A stretch of 64,000 nucleotides of DNA, taken from NCBI GenBank assembly GCA_020056965.1, contig JAGVGT010000083.1, positions 2,286 to 66,285 on the forward strand. The letters run 5' to 3'. Of the stretch, positions 28,501 to 37,339 are shown piece by piece. The notes beneath the pieces are model-generated. The model did not search any database. It was not told where the DNA came from and saw only the letters and a list, made by a program, of their open reading frames with translations. Numbering within the stretch: position 1 is the first letter of the stretch; every line of letters starts with the position of its first letter. The DNA comes from Deltaproteobacteria bacterium. Its GTDB lineage: Bacteria; Desulfobacterota; Desulfobulbia; Desulfobulbales; JAGXFP01. A program made the translations under genes and the position numbers.

Positions 28501-30847
28501 CGTCAAGAACGGGGCCAATGTTGCGGCAAATGCCACCAGCTACGAGGTCCGGGAGTTTGACTGCACCAGCAAGGGTGGAATCTGGAATTCCCTTGCCAGT
28601 CCTGATTATATCGCCACCGGTACCATGAAGGATTTTTCCCATTATCTGTGGAGCGGCGGGCGCTGGCTGGCCAATGCTGACGCCGCCACCCAGAGGGTTT
28701 ACACCACAGCCGCCAAGCAGCGCCACATCCTGACCATGGAGAAAATCTCCGCTGGTTTTTATGACGATATGTATCCTTTCACTACCACTTCGATCCAAAG
28801 TTTTTACAGCGCTACGGGCTACAAGAATATCTTTAATGCCGCCAGCCAGGCGGAGGCCGACAATATCGTCAACTATATTCGCGGGGTCGACATTGCCGGC
28901 TACCGCTCCCGCCTATACGACTGGGGCTGGGGAGACGGGGCCCAGGTCAACAAGCTGGGCGATATCGTCGGTTCGACGCCGACCATCGTCGCCAAGCCGG
29001 CCGAGGACTATGATGTTGTGTATGCCGACAAGTCGTATCAGCGGTTCCGCCAGGCCTACGAAAGCCGCCGGGTCATGGTTTATGCCGGCGGCAATGACGG
29101 CGGTCTGCATGCCTTCAATGGCGGTTATTACCAGCGGTCAAATAAAAAGTTCCTTAATGGTCCGCCCGGGAAAGTTCAATATGATCTGGGCAGCGAAATG
29201 TGGATGTTCGTCCCCCGGAATATCCTGCCGCACCTGAAATGGCTGACCGATCCCAATTACAGCCATATCTACTACCTGGACATGAAGCCCTATGTCTTCG
29301 ACGCCAAGATCTTTGACCCGGACGCCACTCATCCCGATGGCTGGGGGACAGTGCTGGTCGGCGGCATGGGCTTCGGCGGCGGCGATTTCACCGTCGATAC
29401 CGACGGCGACGGAGTCAAGGAAACCACCTTGCGTTCCACCTATTTCATTCTCGATGTCACCAACCCGGAACGTCCGCCGGTGTTGTTGAAGGAGTTTAAC
29501 GATGCCCAGTTGGGATTCACTCTGGGCGCCCCCAACGCCGTCCCCATGCTGCGTTGCGATCGCCGTGTACACGGGAGTTGCCCGGACAATAGCAGTGCCG
29601 CCGCCACCTGGCCCATGGATTGGTACCTGGCTTTCGGTTCTGGCCCCCATAACGACAGCGTCACCAATCCCGCCGGGATCCAGAATGCCATGCTGGGCAA
29701 GAGCGATCAGGAGGCCAAGCTTTACATGCTCAATCTGGGCGGCACCGGCGCCCCGGCCTTGGCCCGCGCGGCCGGCCCGTCATTGTCCTGGGTGCCGCCG
29801 TACACGACGCCAGGTTATCCCAAGACCATCTCGGCCGCCACCTTCCCCAAGTCGTTCTTCTCCGACCTGATTGCGGTGGACTACGATTTGAACTTTAAAA
29901 CCGATGTGATGTATTTTGGTTCCATCGCCGACACCCAATCGAGCCCGATCGTCTACAAAGGTGGTATGCATCGGCTGGTAACCGCTGAATCGCTTACCCC
30001 GTCAACGTGGACGCTCAACACCATGTTCAACGCCGGTCGACCAGTCAGCGCCTCCGCCACGGCCTCGTGGGACGGCAGCCGGGCCTGGGTTTACTTTGGT
30101 ACGGGGCGATTGTTGAACGCCTTCGAGGACAAAGCCGATACCAGCCAGCAGTCCTATTACGGCCTGACGGAGAACCATGTTTATGATGGGGTCAGCAAAA
30201 AATACAAGATGGATCTTAGCCTGCCCAACGGCGGGAACCTGGTTAACGTTTCCAACGTCTGGGTGAATACCAGTCGCGTGGACAGCGTTACCGGCCTAAC
30301 TGTTCTGGGCTCACTGTATGACACCGTGACCAATAATCCGGCGGTGCTGACGACCACCGCGGGACTTTATAGCCCGCTGGCCGCCAAGACCTTCAAGGAG
30401 CTGGACCTGGAGATTGGGGAAACGGATGGTGTTAACGGACCCTATAAGTACAACGGCTGGAAGATCAATTTCCCCCGGACCAAGGAACGGAACCTGGGGC
30501 AGGCCGCCCTCCTGGGTAGTATTTTGACCTTTACCACCTATATGCCGTCATCCGATATCTGTACCGCCGAGGGTGAGAGCATTATCTGGGCGCCCTATTA
30601 CCGGACGGGCACGGCTTACTTCAAGCCGGTGCTTGGCATGGCTGACCGGGGCGGCAAGTTGGAGGCCGTCCGAGAAACCACGCCGGTCAAGGGTATGACG
30701 CTGACCCCCAGCCTCCATTCCGGCGCCGAGAGCGGCACCAAGGCCCTGATCCAGACCAGTACCGGTGCCATCATTAGTGTTGATCAAGAGGCCCCCGGCA
30801 CGGTAAAGAGCGGCGTGATTTCCTGGCGTGATAAGGCTGCGGAATGA
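25523..30847 (+). CDS. pilY1: PilY1/PilC tip adhesin (vWA domain with Cys-rich insertion + PilC beta-propeller), 1774 aa
   Basis: Signal peptide; MIDAS LDNSGSM; TPVAESL; LITDGEP; KLGDIVGSTP; YAGGNDGGLHAF; YFGTGR. Confidence 0.9.
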   Translation: MVMRAATGIRATCVFLLFGGVLLIGPGRALAINTVSDYQKSPAFVTSPVQPLTMLMLDNSGSMGFDAYSGTYDATRNYYGLFETRTTSASAADIYYYHPFNIAGSGDVCNYDGISGSCNKPDLTATGECTYPERTCTTGAVGDYVCFQAGSDSGTYTSDNCNDDCSGNTNCSEYQYTCQSGYVTSGSKYDKKCSDVSCSSGYSCTEAYYCSGNTSVIYAEDACDADGSGTSDCSGGASNCKPFTYSSGSKNSKTCVKYSLSGTYDNNTCDSQCSSSACQAKNYTCKGLDRSTGITYSNSTCDGSDGNTTTDCSSGYSCVNASKCVKQGSTTRYYGSSSCEDYYDTDDDKTRSCSGTCSSTGGGGSVVTWTGQACASCTALGGVCNNTGSLYAIPNYNCVADSTVCDSFKLADSVCTPTGGTVTTCDWVDLEQKATCQAICGGILVDVPTGPQQAGCTTATEKSDCVTKYGSVCETGITYTTARASYWRKTPADGTNPLGWNCNTGDCLGAGANVTLGNQLNFDQMTQMDVAKKVLIGGKRTTVSSIPGTVELDGDFNQTSNKYICSTNGLIYNSRSDCRDASGCDSSTCTPFSEGGNNGNIVLQPGEDPKGILQNNEGLAWGFGVFNSPDGGIIKNYIGSPNADIVKSINDTPSSGATPVAESLNTVVNYFRQVTPYYKNPGEYTVDTPSSGTGLWDPFVADDGSKSFAPCGRASTILITDGEPNQDDKFDATIKNYANNNSSGITDFISPTSGTNTYFVDDVAYWAHKNDLRTEAQMGGPQTLDTYMIYAFGNDPASKLKLQNAAVLGAFIDKNGDGKPNSKAVEKLAAADAREWDFYVDPATPGDDIPDNYAEANDGELLASKLQNMLGQIQQKVSAGSAASVISASRSGEGAIYQAIFYPKTPPDDAYRKITWVGDVHALWLDDYGNMREDCDADDTGDACVASDATLNVKTDKIIEFYSDTTTGEAMIRTFRDLNGDSKYISGVCSVALVKNGANVAANATSYEVREFDCTSKGGIWNSLASPDYIATGTMKDFSHYLWSGGRWLANADAATQRVYTTAAKQRHILTMEKISAGFYDDMYPFTTTSIQSFYSATGYKNIFNAASQAEADNIVNYIRGVDIAGYRSRLYDWGWGDGAQVNKLGDIVGSTPTIVAKPAEDYDVVYADKSYQRFRQAYESRRVMVYAGGNDGGLHAFNGGYYQRSNKKFLNGPPGKVQYDLGSEMWMFVPRNILPHLKWLTDPNYSHIYYLDMKPYVFDAKIFDPDATHPDGWGTVLVGGMGFGGGDFTVDTDGDGVKETTLRSTYFILDVTNPERPPVLLKEFNDAQLGFTLGAPNAVPMLRCDRRVHGSCPDNSSAAATWPMDWYLAFGSGPHNDSVTNPAGIQNAMLGKSDQEAKLYMLNLGGTGAPALARAAGPSLSWVPPYTTPGYPKTISAATFPKSFFSDLIAVDYDLNFKTDVMYFGSIADTQSSPIVYKGGMHRLVTAESLTPSTWTLNTMFNAGRPVSASATASWDGSRAWVYFGTGRLLNAFEDKADTSQQSYYGLTENHVYDGVSKKYKMDLSLPNGGNLVNVSNVWVNTSRVDSVTGLTVLGSLYDTVTNNPAVLTTTAGLYSPLAAKTFKELDLEIGETDGVNGPYKYNGWKINFPRTKERNLGQAALLGSILTFTTYMPSSDICTAEGESIIWAPYYRTGTAYFKPVLGMADRGGKLEAVRETTPVKGMTLTPSLHSGAESGTKALIQTSTGAIISVDQEAPGTVKSGVISWRDKAAE

Positions 30848-31371
30848 TCAGAGACCGGAAAACTGCAATAGGGGTAATGATGGTGAGATCTCCGAAGGAA
30901 ATGCCCCGATCGGGCGGCTTCAGTCTTCTTGAACTGATGATCGCGGTGGCCATCGTCGCTATTTTGGCGGCGGTGTCCATCCCGGCCTACTTCAACCATA
31001 CGATGCGCAGCCGGCAGTCGGCGGTGGTTGGTGAGTTGATGGCGATCAAGGCGGCCCAGGAGCGTTTCTTTGCTGAAAATGGTGGCTACGCCGGCCGGAT
31101 GAGTCGGCTGCAAGCGGGCGCGAGTAATGATCTCGACGATATGTATGCCGTGGCCGGTACCTATACCAACGGCGATTACCGGTACTGGATTACCCCCAAT
31201 ACCATCGCCCTGATCAGGACCGGATTCATCATGGCCGAGGGCGACCTCAACCACGATGGTAATTTTAACGATCAGTGGCGGATCTCGATCGACGATCTCG
31301 AGGCCAAACCCAACAATACCAGCAGCAACGAAGGCTTTACCTGGTCAAGTCTGGGCCGACTGTTCCAATGA
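30844..31371 (+). CDS. PilE-like type IV minor pilin (true start may be 30877-30901)
   Basis: GG|FSLLELMIAVAIVAILAAVSIPAY, AQERFF. Confidence 0.85.
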   Translation: MIRDRKTAIGVMMVRSPKEMPRSGGFSLLELMIAVAIVAILAAVSIPAYFNHTMRSRQSAVVGELMAIKAAQERFFAENGGYAGRMSRLQAGASNDLDDMYAVAGTYTNGDYRYWITPNTIALIRTGFIMAEGDLNHDGNFNDQWRISIDDLEAKPNNTSSNEGFTWSSLGRLFQ

Positions 31372-31495
31372 CCGGCGTTTTGGGTGGCGGCCACTCTTGG
31401 CACGTACCCATAGGTTGGTCTCCAGGCTGGGCGTGTACTGTGTGACCGGCCCGGTGCGTGTTGCGATTTCAATTTAAGGGCTGTAACGGTAATTC

Positions 31496-33295
31496 ATGGG
31501 CCTGCTGAACGACGATAAATACCTTTACGATCTGCTCCTGCGCAGCCGGCTGATCACAGTGCCGCAGCAGCAGCTCCTGGCCCAGAAGGGCACCCAGCAA
31601 AGGCAGCTGATTCTCCATGAGCGCCGCAAGCGGAAAAAGGTTGGTTCCACTGCCAGGATGCGGGAACCGGACCTGGTCGAGGTGGTGGTCTCCTTCAACT
31701 TCGAGATTCCCGGCGACCGTCCCCAGCCGCTGACCGAGGAGTTGATCATGCGGGCGGTGGCGGCCGACCAGGGGATGCCCTTCAAAAAGCTCGATCCCCT
31801 GGAGCTGAACCTGGAGGTGGTCACCAAGACCCTGCCCAAGAATTACGCCGTCAAGCACCTGCTGCTGCCCTTCGCGGTGAAGAACGGCATCCACGAGGTG
31901 GCCCTTTACGATCCCGACAGCCGTAATATCCTGGGCGAGATTGAACGGGTCTGCCAGATCAAGATCACCCCATATCTGAGTACCAGAAGCGATATCAGCC
32001 GGATGCTGGCCGAGTTCTTCGGTTTCCAGTCCTCGATCACCGCCGCCGAAAACCGTTTCGCCAAGCCCCTGGTCGATCTGGGCAACCTCGAACAGTACGT
32101 GCGCATCGACCGCGGCGAGATCAACTCCTCCGACCAGAACATCAAGAGCGCCGTCGATCATCTCTTTACCTACGGCTTCGATCAGCGGGCCAGCGACATC
32201 CACATCGAGCCCAAACGCCAGAAGAGCCACGTGCGGCTGCGGATCGACGGCGTTCTCCACACCATCTACCAATTGCCGATGGCGGTGCATGCGGCCATCG
32301 TCTCCCGGATCAAGACCCTTTCCCGGATGGATATCGCCGAAAAGCGGCGGCCCCAGGACGGGCGCATCAAGATCGACCACGAGGGCAAGGAGGCCGAGAT
32401 CCGGGTTTCCACCGTGCCGGTGGCCTTCGGCGAGAAGGTGGTGATGCGGATCCTCGACCCGGACATCATCTTCCAGTCCATCGACCATCTCGGCTTCAGC
32501 CCCCGCGACCTCAGGGTCTATCAGGATCTGATCACCAGGCCGCACGGGATTTTGCTGGTCACCGGCCCCACCGGCAGCGGCAAATCGACGACCCTCTACT
32601 CCACCCTGAAACTGATCTCCACCTCGGAGAACAATGTCGTCACCGTCGAGGACCCCATCGAAATGGTCCACGAGGAGTTTAACCAGATCGCCGTGCAGCC
32701 CCTCATCGATGTGACCTTCTCCACCATCCTCCGCAACATCCTGCGGCAGGACCCCGATATCATCATGATCGGCGAGATCCGCGACCTGCCGACCACGGTC
32801 AACGCCATCCAGGCCGCCCTCACCGGTCATCTGGTCTTTTCCACCCTGCATACCAACGATGCGGTTACCGCCATCAGCCGGCTCATCGACCTGGGTGCCC
32901 AGCCCTTCCTGGTCGGTTCCACCCTGATCGGCGCCATGGCCCAGCGGCTGGTGCGGACCAATTGCCCGCACTGCCGGGAAGAGGTGATGGTCAGTGCCGG
33001 TCTGCTGCGCAGTTTCGGCTTCCCCGCCGAGGGTGAGGGCGAGATCGCCTTGCAGAAGGGCAGTGGCTGCAAGGATTGCCGCAACACCGGCTACCTGGGG
33101 CGTTGCGGGGTCTTCGAGATCTTCGCGATCTCCCCGGAGATCAACCGGATGATCTGCACCGGGGTTTCGGAGGCGGAGATCCGCGCCCAGGCCAGCCGCG
33201 AGGGGATGACCACCCTCAAGCAGGACGCCTGGGCCAAGGTAAAAAGCGGCATTACCACCTACGAGGAAGCGGCCCGGGTTACCGGCCTGAATTAA
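31496..33295 (+). CDS. GspE/PilB family assembly ATPase
   Basis: ASDIHIEP, RRPQDGR, GPTGSGKSTT, VEDPIE, LRQDPD, GEIRD, TGHLVFSTLHTND, CPHC...CKDC. Confidence 0.95.
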   Translation: MGLLNDDKYLYDLLLRSRLITVPQQQLLAQKGTQQRQLILHERRKRKKVGSTARMREPDLVEVVVSFNFEIPGDRPQPLTEELIMRAVAADQGMPFKKLDPLELNLEVVTKTLPKNYAVKHLLLPFAVKNGIHEVALYDPDSRNILGEIERVCQIKITPYLSTRSDISRMLAEFFGFQSSITAAENRFAKPLVDLGNLEQYVRIDRGEINSSDQNIKSAVDHLFTYGFDQRASDIHIEPKRQKSHVRLRIDGVLHTIYQLPMAVHAAIVSRIKTLSRMDIAEKRRPQDGRIKIDHEGKEAEIRVSTVPVAFGEKVVMRILDPDIIFQSIDHLGFSPRDLRVYQDLITRPHGILLVTGPTGSGKSTTLYSTLKLISTSENNVVTVEDPIEMVHEEFNQIAVQPLIDVTFSTILRNILRQDPDIIMIGEIRDLPTTVNAIQAALTGHLVFSTLHTNDAVTAISRLIDLGAQPFLVGSTLIGAMAQRLVRTNCPHCREEVMVSAGLLRSFGFPAEGEGEIALQKGSGCKDCRNTGYLGRCGVFEIFAISPEINRMICTGVSEAEIRAQASREGMTTLKQDAWAKVKSGITTYEEAARVTGLN

Positions 33296-33356
33296 TTAGG
33301 ACTGCTCCGGACTAGGCAAAAGTTTCGCGAGTGGTTATAGTGGGAGCCTGATGATG

Positions 33357-33390
33357 CCCCTGGCGCTTGTGGAAGCGGCTGGGGTTTTTT
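33357..33390 (+). terminator. Probable intrinsic terminator after the ATPase gene
   Basis: CCCCTGGCGCTT-GTGG-AAGCGGCTGGGG then TTTTTT; stem is imperfect. Confidence 0.45.
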
Positions 33391-33415
33391 GTTTGGTTTG
33401 AAAGGAGGATTGGCT

Positions 33416-33868
33416 TTGTCCGGCAAAGTGGTGGCCAGCAACAAGAAGGCCTATCATGACTATTTCATCGATATGACCTATGAGTGCGGCATGGTGCTCA
33501 AGGGTCCGGAGGTGAAATCCATGCGGGGCGGCAAGGTCCAACTCAAGGACGGCTACGCCAAGATCAAGGACGGCGAGGTCTTCCTCTACAACATCCACAT
33601 CTCGCCCTATACCCATACCACCTATGATCTGCCGGATCCGGAGCGGGTGCGCAAGCTCCTGCTCACCCGTCAGGAGATCAAGAAGCTGATCGGCAAGGTT
33701 CAGGAAAAGGGGTTTGCTTTGGTGCCCCTGAAGATATACTTTAAGGCTAACGGCAAGGCTAAATTGGAACTCGGACTTTGCCGGGGCAAGAAGCTCCACG
33801 ACAAACGCGAAACCCTCAAGAAGAAGGAAGGCAATCGCGACATGGAGCGGGCCCTGCGAAGGGATTAA
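33416..33868 (+). CDS. smpB: SsrA-binding protein
   Basis: NKKAYHDY, GPEVKSMR, RKLLL, GKKLHDKR; TTG start 7 nt after AGGAGG; next to tmRNA. Confidence 0.98.
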   Translation: MSGKVVASNKKAYHDYFIDMTYECGMVLKGPEVKSMRGGKVQLKDGYAKIKDGEVFLYNIHISPYTHTTYDLPDPERVRKLLLTRQEIKKLIGKVQEKGFALVPLKIYFKANGKAKLELGLCRGKKLHDKRETLKKKEGNRDMERALRRD

Positions 33869-33880
33869 AGGAAAATGGCG

Positions 33881-33931
33881 GGAATTAAGAATTACCCACA
33901 TTCGTAATTCCCAATTCGTAATTAGTAATTC
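33881..33931. repeat. Opposed heptamer repeats (AATTCGT-type)
   Basis: GGAATTAAGAATTA facing ATTCGT AATTCCC AATTCGT AATTAGT AATTC. Confidence 0.6.
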
Positions 33932-33939
33932 AAAAATAT

Positions 33940-34293
33940 GGGGGCGAAACGGCTTCGACGGGGATATATAAGCTTGGGCTGCATACCGAGCTCTGGTTGC
34001 TCGTTAATCCATCAGACATTAAACATAATCGCTGACGATTATGCCTACGCTGTAGCAGCTTAATGCTACCGTTCCGGTTGACCTCTCCCGTGGGGTCTTC
34101 TAGGGGCGTCGCGCACACGGGATAGCCTGCCGGCTGCACCTGCCGGCCGAATGGCGAATCCAACAGCAGGATAGTGTCGAAGCCCCGGTCCCGGGCAAGC
34201 TTCGACACGATAAGCAATTTAACGGGACTAAGTATGTAGAAGCCTACAGGGGAGTATTTTCGGACCCGGGTTCAACTCCCGGCGCCTCCACCA
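33940..34293 (+). ncRNA. ssrA: tmRNA; tag reading frame ADDYAYAVAA* at 34031-34063
   Basis: 5' GGGGGCGAAACGGCTTCGACGGG; 3' GACCCGGGTTCAACTCCCGGCGCCTCCACCA; tag ending in AA; downstream of smpB. Confidence 0.98.
34268..34293 (+). repeat. attL core (26-bp direct repeat)
   Basis: GGGTTCAACTCCCGGCGCCTCCACCA, identical to 43426-43451. Confidence 0.95.
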
Positions 34294-34299
34294 GTATTT

Positions 34300-34343
34300 A
34301 GCCAATGATTTCAGGTAGTTATCTGGGGTCATTGGCTTTTTTT
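34300..34343 (+). terminator. Phage-supplied terminator directly after ssrA
   Basis: AGCCAATGA...TCATTGGCT followed by TTTTTT. Confidence 0.75.
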
Positions 34344-35489
34344 ATGTATCACAGCCGTATCACAACCACCGGTCTGTGTGAGGTTATAAACATTCTTCAT
34401 TTCCGCACCCTCGATCCGGAAGTATCTTTCAAAGGCTTTGTTCGTTCCGTGCATGGTCGCCCGGCGGATCTGCTCGGGGGAGATCAAGTCACGAAGTGCC
34501 AGGGCGGACGAATGCCGAGTCCCGCCATAAAGATCAACGCCCTCGATCCCCAGATTGTCACAAGCTTTCTTCCACCACTTATATAGGTATTTGCCGCCGA
34601 ACCGTTGGCCTTCCCTGCAGCCGCTGACATTGGCGATATGGCGGAAGAAAAATAGTTCAGGAAATCCTCGAGGCAAATCACAAATCAACTCGATGTCGCT
34701 GTCAATGATGGGAACAACCTTCGGTTTTTTCTCCTTAGGGTGGGGAATGAAAAAATAGCCGGACTTGATATCAATGAACCTCTCTTTCAATCCAAGCATT
34801 TCGGCCGGCCGAATCGAAATATAAGTCGAAAGCCATTTAATGCCGATCCAAATTTTAGGATTCAGGTGGTAGGAAATCCTTTTCACTTCATCCAGGATGG
34901 CCATCTGTGTTTCCTTGGATATGGTCTGACGCCAACCAAGTTCAAAGGATATCTCGGGAAACTCTGGGAATTGGGCCTGATTAATGACTCGGCGTTTTCT
35001 GAGCCAGACCCAGAAGGTATGAAGGCAGGATCTTATATTAGAACGGGTTTTATCGGAAACGTCCTGGGAGAAAAGGAAATCTTCAAGTTCAGCATAGCCG
35101 ATTGTTTTGATATTCCGGCTGCCCCAAGCTTTAACGGCTCGAGCCATATAGTTGGAAAGGTTGTCATAAGAACCAGGTTTGACTTCCTGCTTCTTAAGAA
35201 GAAGCCATTGGATGGAAAGAGTTTTAAAAGCTAATGGTTGTGCGGCTTGGTAATCTCGATGGTCAAAAGTTCCCTTATCGACTTCATAGCGCAAGCCGTC
35301 GAGAAACCTCTCGGCCTGGATGTAGTTATTGAAACGCTGCCGCACCAGGCGGCCAAACTGAACGGTAAATAATTTAGTTGCCTGCTGATCCGGGTGGTTC
35401 GGACAGAACAAGCCACGGCTGCGGCCGTCATAATGAAACTTAGAGCCACAAGCTGGACAGAACTGATCAGAAAAAATACTACCGCGCAT
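34329..35489 (-). CDS. Tyrosine recombinase/integrase with N-terminal Zn-ribbon-like motif
   Basis: IRPAEML, LYGGTRHS, MHGTNKAFERY; CPAC...CPNH; adjacent to att. The ORF extends to 35537. Confidence 0.88.
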   Translation of the reverse strand: MRGSIFSDQFCPACGSKFHYDGRSRGLFCPNHPDQQATKLFTVQFGRLVRQRFNNYIQAERFLDGLRYEVDKGTFDHRDYQAAQPLAFKTLSIQWLLLKKQEVKPGSYDNLSNYMARAVKAWGSRNIKTIGYAELEDFLFSQDVSDKTRSNIRSCLHTFWVWLRKRRVINQAQFPEFPEISFELGWRQTISKETQMAILDEVKRISYHLNPKIWIGIKWLSTYISIRPAEMLGLKERFIDIKSGYFFIPHPKEKKPKVVPIIDSDIELICDLPRGFPELFFFRHIANVSGCREGQRFGGKYLYKWWKKACDNLGIEGVDLYGGTRHSSALALRDLISPEQIRRATMHGTNKAFERYFRIEGAEMKNVYNLTQTGGCDTAVIHKKSQ

Positions 35490-35541
35490 ACAGAGTACCC
35501 CCTGCATCGAGATAGCTTTTTTAAGCAACAAAGTCAAATTT

Positions 35542-35883
35542 TCAACCTGGGAACAAATTCAGTTGCCGGGGATCTATCGGTTGAGAGCGATGCCGAATAC
35601 CAAGCAGTAGATCCAGGGGTTCTTTGTGGTTCTTTCCCTGGAGCCGGTTAAGAATCCGGGCACATTGAATAACTTGAGCGCCGCGCTTAAGCTGTTTTAA
35701 CTTAATAAGGACTTCACGACCATCATCGATGCCTACAAATGTGAAACCGGCTATTGTATATCTCCGAGAACCAAATTTTTTTAATTCCCTTAATGCTTCT
35801 TCGCGCATTCCTTTTCGAATAAATTCAAGAGCATTCTGTCTATGATCAATATCATCGTTAAACATAATCACCCCATAGCCCAT
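35542..35883 (-). CDS. Phage hypothetical basic protein ending QLNLFPG (start may be 35871 or 35865)
   Basis: Fills the gap between rep and int on the same strand. Confidence 0.65.
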   Translation of the reverse strand: MGYGVIMFNDDIDHRQNALEFIRKGMREEALRELKKFGSRRYTIAGFTFVGIDDGREVLIKLKQLKRGAQVIQCARILNRLQGKNHKEPLDLLLGIRHRSQPIDPRQLNLFPG

Positions 35884-37160
35884 TCAGCTTGAATGAAGGA
35901 CGGCTGAAAACCCATAGGCCAGATATTGGCAAAGCGGAGCTTCATCTTATGATCAAAGAGGTTCTTTCCAGCGATCGTCTTTTCTTTGTGCAGCCGTCTA
36001 AAGCCTTCCTCGATAAAAGCTTGTGATTGAGCAATGACGTTTTCAATGGTTGGTGTCACACCACGGATTGTTTGGGCCGACATAAGGCAGCCCAGGGACA
36101 TATCGAGCAGAGTATTGATATTCCGAGACGGTTGAATCTTGATCCTGGATAGCTCGACCAGGGGTGTTTTGAAATCTGCTTTCTGAACTTCACGCCACCA
36201 GGGATGCAGGGCGGCTCGATCCTGGTGGCGGTTTTTTCGGTCCACCGGCTCCAGGGCAAAACGTGTCCATTCTTGAGTACAATATTTCCAGACTCCGGAA
36301 CGTTTCTTCTTGAGGTCTGAGAGCGTATTCACGTGCAGCTGCCGGAGAACGTCACGGCGTAACTGGTATTCGACCCGGGTAACTGGCTTTTCGTCATATT
36401 CATCCTGTTGCCAGACCGAGGCAAACACAGATTGCTTGGTTGCACTTCGCTTGAGCTCGAGAGACTTGTCGTAGATCCGCAGCATGATATCGCCGGTACC
36501 GAAAGAAATTCCCGTTTCCCGAAGCACGATGGAATCCTTATCCCCTGGCGGCAGTTCGCCCATTGTCTGAGCTATGGTGATGCCGGAAAGCCTGGTTCTG
36601 TCCTGATAACAATGGAACCGATTGGCCCTGGTCACCCAATGTTCGGAGCGATCAATGGGAAGTTCCTCGATGTCCAGGCCGACGAAGTCAGAACAAAGAT
36701 GGACTTCTGAAACCACATCTTTGACGATATGGCCGCCCAAGGTGGCCACCAACCGCTTTACTTCCTTGATGATGTTGTTGTAGCCGGGTGACCAGCAGGA
36801 TTGAGAGCCAATATCTACCCAGATATTAGGAGTGGTATTATCCTTTCGGGTGCTGAAGAAGATGTTCACATCAGAGCGGGAAATGTGATAGGCGTAACCG
36901 CCTTTGCGGCCGGTCGGGTGGCAGTTAAAGACCAGGTCGCCATGTTCGGTAAAAGAGATGGTCACGGGTTCGTTGATTTCCTTGGCTCGTTCCTTGGCAT
37001 CAGCCAGGGTTAATAAAATTTCGGGCCTTTCCCATGCCACGTACAAACCATATTTAAGGCGATCATAGCCCGTGGCGAGTTGTGACCCCCATGTTATTCG
37101 CCTTGGGGGAACAGCCAAAGACCGGGCAACTTTTCCAAGTGATGATTTCAAGCTTCCCAT
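35868..37160 (-). CDS. Rolling-circle replication initiation protein (Rep_trans-like)
   Basis: VSEVHLCSDF, MLRIYDKSLE, VTRVEYQLRR, HPWW; AGGAGG RBS. Confidence 0.8.
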   Translation of the reverse strand: MGSLKSSLGKVARSLAVPPRRITWGSQLATGYDRLKYGLYVAWERPEILLTLADAKERAKEINEPVTISFTEHGDLVFNCHPTGRKGGYAYHISRSDVNIFFSTRKDNTTPNIWVDIGSQSCWSPGYNNIIKEVKRLVATLGGHIVKDVVSEVHLCSDFVGLDIEELPIDRSEHWVTRANRFHCYQDRTRLSGITIAQTMGELPPGDKDSIVLRETGISFGTGDIMLRIYDKSLELKRSATKQSVFASVWQQDEYDEKPVTRVEYQLRRDVLRQLHVNTLSDLKKKRSGVWKYCTQEWTRFALEPVDRKNRHQDRAALHPWWREVQKADFKTPLVELSRIKIQPSRNINTLLDMSLGCLMSAQTIRGVTPTIENVIAQSQAFIEEGFRRLHKEKTIAGKNLFDHKMKLRFANIWPMGFQPSFIQAEWAMG

Positions 37161-37339
37161 GAGCTAGGCCTCCTGTTGAATTAAGAAAAGTGCGCCGTGA
37201 TCGTGGCGGACTGGTCCGGGTAACTGGATACAAGACGCGGTTCCGAGTAATGGGCCTTCGGCCTGTTCCTGGAAGAGAAAAAACCAGGGCAGGGCCGGCG
37301 GGGCTGAAGCAAGGCTATAAATTCAGTCCCATGAAGCTG

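Noticed and set aside
30844-31371. PilE-like pilin as a conductive e-pilin
   Set aside because: Aromatics at 1, 24, 50, 51 and 57 are common in PilE proteins; it is long and lies in the minor-pilin operon.
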